In this document: piece after piece, positions 58,680 through 64,000 of the stretch
Layout: each line of letters starts with the position of its first letter
Numbering within the stretch: the first letter of the stretch is position 1
Origin: a bacterium
GTDB lineage: Bacteria; Bacillota_I; Bacilli_A; RFN20; CAG-826
Length of the DNA: 64,000 nucleotides
Reading direction: 5' to 3'
Assembly (NCBI GenBank): GCA_963633165.1
Contig: CAVGXP010000021.1
Location: 1,496-65,495 of the forward strand
Position numbers and translations under genes: made by a program
The notes under the pieces: generated by a model
Databases searched by the model: none
What the model was told of the DNA's origin: nothing
The model's input: only the letters and a program-made list of their open reading frames with translations

Positions 58680-59840
58680 ATGAACAGTTTGACAAAGAAA
58701 AATGATTTCGCGACGTTCTTGGTTTACATCGCCATGTTCGCCATTGCCTTGCTGGTTGGGCTTCTGGTCGTATCCCCGACGATAAGGAACAGCAGCATCA
58801 ACACCCCCGAAGCCGTGGTCATCGTCGTCATCTCGGTCTTGGTCGGCGTGCTTTGGAATTCCGCAGCATTGGAATTGCTCCATATGCTTGGAGCTGCCTC
58901 GGGCGGATATTCCGTGTTGAGCGTCTGCATCCTTTCCATGACGTTCAAGAAAAAGAAACAGAAGGGTGATAAAGCTTTCACGTTCGCCTCTTTCGACGGC
59001 CTGACGGGGGAGACCAAAGTCAATCCAAAAGACGTGGAGAAGTCCTCTCCGACGGGAATGATTCTCTTCCCGATGCTTGGCTATCTGCTTGAGGTCATCA
59101 TCCTCCTTGTTCTCTCCGCTGTTTTCTCTAGCATAGCCTGGATCCCCGTCGCTTCTTATGTCGTCTTGGCCATTGGGGGCATGATCTTCGTCTACAACGC
59201 TTTCCCCGCCCACTTGGATTCCATTACCGATGGCTATCTCCTCGTTTTGCTTTCTAAGCCCGCGAACAGAATTGCCTACAACCAAATCCTTTTGGCTGAG
59301 CATAGCGATAATAAGGATGAAGAACTCGCTAAGCTCCCCGTTTACCAGGAAATCACCGATTTCACCGCAAATCTTAACTCTCTCAACGCTTATAGAAAAA
59401 TCAAAGAGGGTCAGCTTGAGGAAGCTTTGACGATTTTCTCCGCAATTGCTTCATCTGAAAAAGGCGTCAGTAATTCCACCAAGCAAGAAGCCGCCTGCCA
59501 GCGTCTTGCCTTGCTTTTCTTGCTTGGCCGGACTTCAGAAGCCAAGGATTGCTATGAGGGGATGAGCGACGAGCAACGCCGCTACATCGCCTCCATTCCG
59601 ACTTTGCCCGCGCTGCGCTGTTACGCTCTCGTCTCTGGCATCCTTGAGGAAAGCGACACCGAAGTCAATTGGGCCTTCGATAAGGTTGAAAGGCTGCAAA
59701 AGAAAATCGACGGCGTTCCCTTGGAAGCCGAAAACCAGCTTCTGACGGATATCTATAACTTAATCCGCAAACTTCACCCCGGGTGGGACGTCCAAGCCGA
59801 CTTTATTGAACATCAAGAAAAAGAGTCTTCGTCGAAATGA
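58680..59840 (+). CDS. polytopic membrane protein with a site-2-protease/DUF3267-like core (degenerate zinc site) and a C-terminal helical (TPR-like) domain
   Basis: About 5 hydrophobic helices in aa 10-190. LELLH occupies the position of HExxH (aa 64-68) and NAFPAHLDSITDG resembles NxxPxxxLDG (aa 173-185). The soluble alpha-helical C-terminal half is about 190 aa. Confidence 0.5.
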   Translation: MNSLTKKNDFATFLVYIAMFAIALLVGLLVVSPTIRNSSINTPEAVVIVVISVLVGVLWNSAALELLHMLGAASGGYSVLSVCILSMTFKKKKQKGDKAFTFASFDGLTGETKVNPKDVEKSSPTGMILFPMLGYLLEVIILLVLSAVFSSIAWIPVASYVVLAIGGMIFVYNAFPAHLDSITDGYLLVLLSKPANRIAYNQILLAEHSDNKDEELAKLPVYQEITDFTANLNSLNAYRKIKEGQLEEALTIFSAIASSEKGVSNSTKQEAACQRLALLFLLGRTSEAKDCYEGMSDEQRRYIASIPTLPALRCYALVSGILEESDTEVNWAFDKVERLQKKIDGVPLEAENQLLTDIYNLIRKLHPGWDVQADFIEHQEKESSSK

Positions 59841-59864
59841 CGGAGACTCCTTTCGTATTTGCGC

Positions 59865-61187
59865 TTAATTCCCGCCGATCGACATCGATTTGACGCGCAT
59901 CGATCCGACGTGAGTGTCCGATCCTTTTTCTTTGATGTCGTTAGCGAATCCTTGGCAATCAAGGAACATCTTCATCAAATTGCCTGAGAGGGTAATTAAA
60001 TTCAAAGGCTTGGTGACTTTGCCGTTTTCGATTAAGTAACCCTCGGCCTGGCAGGAGAAGTCGCCGGAGTTGTCGTTCATCCCCGTTCCTAGGCCTGCGA
60101 TTTCGGTGATGTAGACGCCTTCCTTAATGTCGGAGATGAGCTCATCGAAGCTTTTCTTCCCGGGTTTGACAAAGATGGAGAAGAAACTCGTTTTGATCCC
60201 CGTTGCCCCAAGCACGGCGTTTCCGGTGGACTCTACGCCGTCTTTTTTCGCGGTCTCCCTATTATACAAATAGGTTTGAAGAATGCCGTTTTTGACAATG
60301 CATTTGTTCTTACAGGCCACGCCTTCCCCGTCGAAGGTGATGTAGTTGAAGTCCTTGTGGAGCGGTTTTTCCTCAATCGTGACTTTGCTGGAAGCAACCT
60401 TCTGATGGAGTTTCCCTTCAAAGAAGGAGGAGTGCTTTTGGACATCCTCTGCGATGGCTGCCGAGACATAGTAGCTGACGAGCTCTTCGGCGATCTCTTG
60501 GCTTAGAACGGTCGGGTATTTCCCAGACTTGCAAGGCGCGCCGCCGAATTTCTTAGCCGTCGAGGTGACGATCCCTTTAACGAATGTGCCGGCGTCGAAT
60601 TTGCTTAGATCGTTGCCTAAGAAGAAGTCGTAGCCGGTTTTGGTCTCTTCGCCTTGCTTTAGCACGGCACCTGCGCTGATGGAGAAGAAGTTTTTACGGC
60701 GGGACAACTTCAAACCGAAGGAATTGCAAAATACCGATTCTGTGGAAACGTCGCTATAAGAGACGCCATCGACGTCGCTGACCCTTGCGTCTGCAGCGTA
60801 AATGCCATCTTCGATTTTGTGCAGCAAAGCGATCTTTTCGGCCATGGTGACCTGCTCAAGAGACTTTGAGTACACAGAGCCCTTTTTGTATTTGGGCGAT
60901 CCCTCAAAAATGCCGACTTCATTTTCCTTTTCGGAGTAGGTCGCGGTTTTAATGATCTCGTCGACGAGATAGGCGAAGGTATCTTTGTCTATCTTCTCGC
61001 TATAGCCGGTTCCGAATTTGCCATTATAGATGCCGCAAACGGTGATGCCTTGGGTGGATGAGACGGTGTATTTCTCGAGCTCGCGACGATAGAGCTTCGC
61101 GCTCGTCGTGGATTTCTTGTTGTAGGTGAGTTGGCATTCGGCGATGCCTTTCTCTTTAGCTAATTCAAAGAAACGATCGAATTTCAT
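59865..61187 (-). CDS. pmbA: PmbA/TldE-family metalloprotease subunit
   Basis: TldD/PmbA fold without HExxxH. ATGA overlap with tldD. Confidence 0.85.
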   Translation of the reverse strand: MKFDRFFELAKEKGIAECQLTYNKKSTTSAKLYRRELEKYTVSSTQGITVCGIYNGKFGTGYSEKIDKDTFAYLVDEIIKTATYSEKENEVGIFEGSPKYKKGSVYSKSLEQVTMAEKIALLHKIEDGIYAADARVSDVDGVSYSDVSTESVFCNSFGLKLSRRKNFFSISAGAVLKQGEETKTGYDFFLGNDLSKFDAGTFVKGIVTSTAKKFGGAPCKSGKYPTVLSQEIAEELVSYYVSAAIAEDVQKHSSFFEGKLHQKVASSKVTIEEKPLHKDFNYITFDGEGVACKNKCIVKNGILQTYLYNRETAKKDGVESTGNAVLGATGIKTSFFSIFVKPGKKSFDELISDIKEGVYITEIAGLGTGMNDNSGDFSCQAEGYLIENGKVTKPLNLITLSGNLMKMFLDCQGFANDIKEKGSDTHVGSMRVKSMSIGGN

Positions 61188-62590
61188 TCTAGTTTACCTC
61201 CTCTTCCTCCAACGGTGATCTCCTTAATGCGAATGGTCGGCTGACCAACGTTGACGGGCACACTGCCGGAGCTTGCGCCGCAGTCGCCTTGGCCTAAGCC
61301 GACGTCATCGGCCACGCGGTCGATGTTCTCTAAGACTTCTTTGCCCGAGCCGATTAAGGTGCAGCCTTTCACGGGCTCGCAGATTTTTCCATCGCGGATG
61401 ATATAAGCCTCGGAGGCGGAGAAATTGAATTCCCCTGTCGTCGGTTCGACCGATCCGCCGCCGAAGTTGACGACGTATAGGCCAAGTTTTGTGTCTTTTA
61501 TGATGTCTTCCTTTTTGTCTTTGCCCGCGGCGATGTAGGTGTTGGACATGCGCGAAGTGGGGGCGAAGCGGTAGCTTTGCCTTCTAGAGCAGCCATTGGG
61601 GGCCATGTTGAGCCTTCTTCCGTTGGCCTTATCTACGAGGAAGCCCGTGCAGATGCCGTCTTTGATGAGAAGGTTCTTCTGTGTGGGAATGCCTTCTGAA
61701 TCGATGCTGTTGGATCCCCATTCATTGGGCATGGTGCCGTCATCATAGGCGGTGACGAGGGGAGAGGCGATTTGCTTGCCGATGGAATCGGAGAACACCG
61801 ACAATCCCTTTGCGGTCGCAGCGGCTTCCAAAGAATGGCCACAGGCTTCGTGGAAGATGACTCCTCCCCATCCGTTTGCCACGACAACGGGGAAGCGCCC
61901 GCTTGGGCATTCCTTCGCCGTGAGCATCATGATGGCCTTTTCCCCAACGTCCCTAGAAACGGCTTTGTAATCGAGGGTGTTTTTAAACCACTCCCATCCG
62001 TCGAAGCGACCCGGCCCGGCAAAGCAGGCCTCGATTTTGCCTTGATCTGAGGCAACCGCGGACATCGTCAGCCTTGCGCGCTCCTCGGTGGTCTCGTATT
62101 GGAATCCTTCGCTTCCTTCCGCGTTAAAGATCTCGATTTGCTTAACGGAAGATACAAGACGATGGACGATGCGGACCAAGCGTTCGTCTACCTCCGCGGT
62201 GGCCTTGTAGCATTCCTTCAGATAGGCGATCTTCTCCTCCATCGGGACTTCATAGATGTGGGTCTTGATGGGGTTGATGTTTTTGACTTTCTTCTTGGTG
62301 ATTTTCTCCACCGTGATGATTCTTTCCCCTTCGTAGCGAGAGGCTAGATCATGAGCGAGCTTGAGCAGGGATTTCAAACTCAGGTCGCAGGTGTAACCAT
62401 AGACGCTATTGAGCCCTTTCAAGATGCGGATTCCAGCTCCGTATGATCTTCCTCCTCCACAGCCTTCCACGCGTCCATTTTCGACGATGATGTTGGCGGG
62501 ATCGGTTTGCTCTAAGTAGATTTCAGCGTAATCTCCGCCTGTTTCGAAGCAGGCGTTTAGGACTTTTAATGCCGTTGTTTTCGATATCAT
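61184..62590 (-). CDS. tldD: TldD-family metalloprotease subunit
   Basis: HEACGHSLE (HExxxH) motif and GxC...GG C-terminal region. AAGGAG RBS. Confidence 0.9.
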   Translation of the reverse strand: MISKTTALKVLNACFETGGDYAEIYLEQTDPANIIVENGRVEGCGGGRSYGAGIRILKGLNSVYGYTCDLSLKSLLKLAHDLASRYEGERIITVEKITKKKVKNINPIKTHIYEVPMEEKIAYLKECYKATAEVDERLVRIVHRLVSSVKQIEIFNAEGSEGFQYETTEERARLTMSAVASDQGKIEACFAGPGRFDGWEWFKNTLDYKAVSRDVGEKAIMMLTAKECPSGRFPVVVANGWGGVIFHEACGHSLEAAATAKGLSVFSDSIGKQIASPLVTAYDDGTMPNEWGSNSIDSEGIPTQKNLLIKDGICTGFLVDKANGRRLNMAPNGCSRRQSYRFAPTSRMSNTYIAAGKDKKEDIIKDTKLGLYVVNFGGGSVEPTTGEFNFSASEAYIIRDGKICEPVKGCTLIGSGKEVLENIDRVADDVGLGQGDCGASSGSVPVNVGQPTIRIKEITVGGRGGKLE

Positions 62591-62680
62591 ATGCGCTCCT
62601 TTGGTGCAACGTTTAGGGTATCACCAACAATAAAATCTACAAGGTCTTCCTCGCTCTAAAACAGCGGATATAATTGCCTC

Positions 62681-63271
62681 ATGGCAAAAATACTTTATCA
62701 AGGGCACGCTTCCCTTCGCATCAAAACAGATGGCGGCAAAGTCATTTACGTCGATCCTTATGCTGGGGAAGGATATGACCTTGCAGCAGACCTCGTGCTC
62801 ATCACCCATGAGCATTATGACCACAACGCGATCAATCTTGTTCCTATGAGTGATAGAACTCTTGTAATCCGGGCCAAAGACGCTTTGAGCGGTGGCGTTT
62901 ATCAAAGCTTCTCTTATTTCGGCGTCGACATCCAGGCTGTCCCCGCATGCAACAAGAACCACAAGGTCAACGAATGCGTTGGCTTCGTTTTGAATGTCGA
63001 TGGCAAAAGTATCTACATCGCCGGTGACACCGACTTCGTTCCCGAAATGGAGAAAATAGGACAGAAGGGCATCGATTATTGCTTCTTGCCGATCGATGGA
63101 ATCTACAACATGGGGCCGGAAGAAGCGACGCGATGCGCTAACATCATCCATCCTAAGCATTTGATTCCCTATCACATGCACCCTGGGATGCTCTTCGACA
63201 TCAAACAGGATATGAAGGTCAGTTACGAAAATTCCATGCTCGTAAGAGCGGGTGAGGAAATAACCCTCTAA
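62681..63271 (+). CDS. metallo-beta-lactamase-fold hydrolase (UPF0173-like)
   Basis: LITHEHYDH motif. 196 aa. Confidence 0.75.
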   Translation: MAKILYQGHASLRIKTDGGKVIYVDPYAGEGYDLAADLVLITHEHYDHNAINLVPMSDRTLVIRAKDALSGGVYQSFSYFGVDIQAVPACNKNHKVNECVGFVLNVDGKSIYIAGDTDFVPEMEKIGQKGIDYCFLPIDGIYNMGPEEATRCANIIHPKHLIPYHMHPGMLFDIKQDMKVSYENSMLVRAGEEITL

Positions 63272-63292
63272 ATTCTCCAAACAACGTCAAAT

Positions 63293-63322
63293 AGCCGGAA
63301 GCCCAAGAGCCCGGCTTTTTTG
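63293..63322 (+). terminator. intrinsic terminator after the MBL-fold gene
   Basis: AGCCGG (63293-63298) / CCGGCT (63311-63316), followed by TTTTTT. Confidence 0.7.
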
Positions 63323-63624
63323 TAAGGGCGTGGTTGTTTGCTTTTTTTCGGCAAGCCATGAAAAATTGCCTCCCCGATAGATTTTGCCTCCGTCCGTTTT
63401 GCCTTAAATGGGTGGGGGCTTGCTTATTTCTTACCTTCTATTTCTGCGTGAAGATGAAATAAAAACGCAGAATTGAGAAACAAGGTTCATTTATTGACGT
63501 TTTGCCGTGAAAGCGAGGCAAAAATCGTCTTGCCCCTAAAGGGAAAGGCGTGTATCCTACCTAATGCGCAACGCGCTAACTCTCTGTGCGCCAATAAGGC
63601 GTACGGCGAAAGGAGTAAAGGAAA

Positions 63625-63843
63625 ATGAAGAAAGAAATCCATCCGGACTACCATCGCTGCAAGGTTACTTGCACCACCTGCGGAGCCACCTTCGAGACTG
63701 GCTCGACCGTCGACGAAATCAAAGTCGATACCTGCTCGAATTGCCACCCCTTCTACACCGGCAAGCAGAGGTTTGTCCAAGCCGATGGCCGCATTGACCG
63801 CTTCAACAAGAAGCTCGCCAAAGCCCAGAACAACGGCAAATAA
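63625..63843 (+). CDS. rpmE: 50S ribosomal protein L31 (Cys-containing, zinc-ribbon type)
   Basis: MKKEIHPDY..., CTTCG...[21 protein letters not shown]. Confidence 0.95.
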   Translation: MKKEIHPDYHRCKVTCTTCGATFETGSTVDEIKVDTCSNCHPFYTGKQRFVQADGRIDRFNKKLAKAQNNGK

Positions 63844-63860
63844 GTCATCTCGAAATCTCG

Positions 63861-63884
63861 GCCGCCCTTCGGGGTGGCTTTTTC
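63861..63884 (+). terminator. intrinsic terminator after rpmE
   Basis: GCCGCCC TTCG GGGTGGC, followed by TTTTT. Confidence 0.8.
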
Positions 63885-63964
63885 TTCCTTAAGGAAGGCA
63901 ATCTTCCTTTCGTTTAATGATAGAATACCCCCGTTAATTTACCGTCCACCTAAAGGAGGACCCC

Positions 63965-64000
63965 ATGAGCAAGAAATTCTACATCACGACCCCGATTTAT
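63965..64000 (+). CDS. metG: 5' end of methionine--tRNA ligase (partial)
   Basis: MSKKFYITTPIY matches the conserved MetRS N-terminus (FYITTPIYY). AAAGGAGGA RBS. Only 12 codons are visible. Confidence 0.6.
   Translation, partial: MSKKFYITTPIY

Noticed and set aside
58611-59303. 230-aa minus-strand ORF overlapping the end of the alcohol dehydrogenase gene and the start of the membrane-protein gene
   Set aside because: It spans two plus-strand genes that have RBSs and coherent hydrophobicity or motifs. Its own product is a charged, low-complexity shadow.
62621-63280. 219-aa minus-strand ORF opposite the MBL-fold hydrolase
   Set aside because: The plus-strand frame has the HxHxDH-type motif (THEHYDH). 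The minus-strand frame has none.

Overview
This window is the replication-origin region of a compact Bacillota (Bacilli/Mollicutes-like) chromosome that uses the standard genetic code, with TGA as a stop. Composition is uneven: hand counts of single 60-nt lines gave about 37-58% G+C.

The core layout is rpmH-rnpA-yidC-jag-mnmE on the minus strand, then a bipartite oriC with DnaA-box clusters on both sides of dnaA. On the plus strand follow dnaA-dnaN-yaaA-recF-gyrB-gyrA-(glycosyltransferase)-serS, a small 4.5S-type SRP RNA, and tadA. Genes diverge from oriC in the direction of replication and are tightly packed, with many ATGA start/stop overlaps.

Left of mnmE lies the block that sits right of the origin in B. 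subtilis: tatD-rnmV-rsmA-ispE-glmU(C-terminal half only) ... pth-mfd-yabO-tilS-ftsH-dus. It is interrupted by a head-on plus-strand segment carrying a GDP-heptose operon (hddA, an hddC-gmhB fusion, gmhA) and ppdK.

Other content:
- lysS and glyA
- a MarR-regulated heterodimeric ABC exporter
- a hypoxanthine-DNA glycosylase
- a stand-alone processive GT2 synthase
- an AMP-ligase diverging from a fatty-acid-isomerase-like flavoprotein
- tldD/pmbA, rpmE and the start of metG

I found no CRISPR array, IS element, prophage, tRNA or rRNA.

The least explained parts are two very large MacB-type fused ABC ATPase/FtsX proteins with extracytoplasmic domains of about 550 aa. One is a compositional outlier. 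The other heads a translationally coupled 4-gene cluster with a TetR-like protein, an iron alcohol dehydrogenase, and a membrane protein that looks like a degenerate site-2-protease fused to a helical repeat domain.

All functional calls come from motif and sequence recognition by eye; no searches were run.
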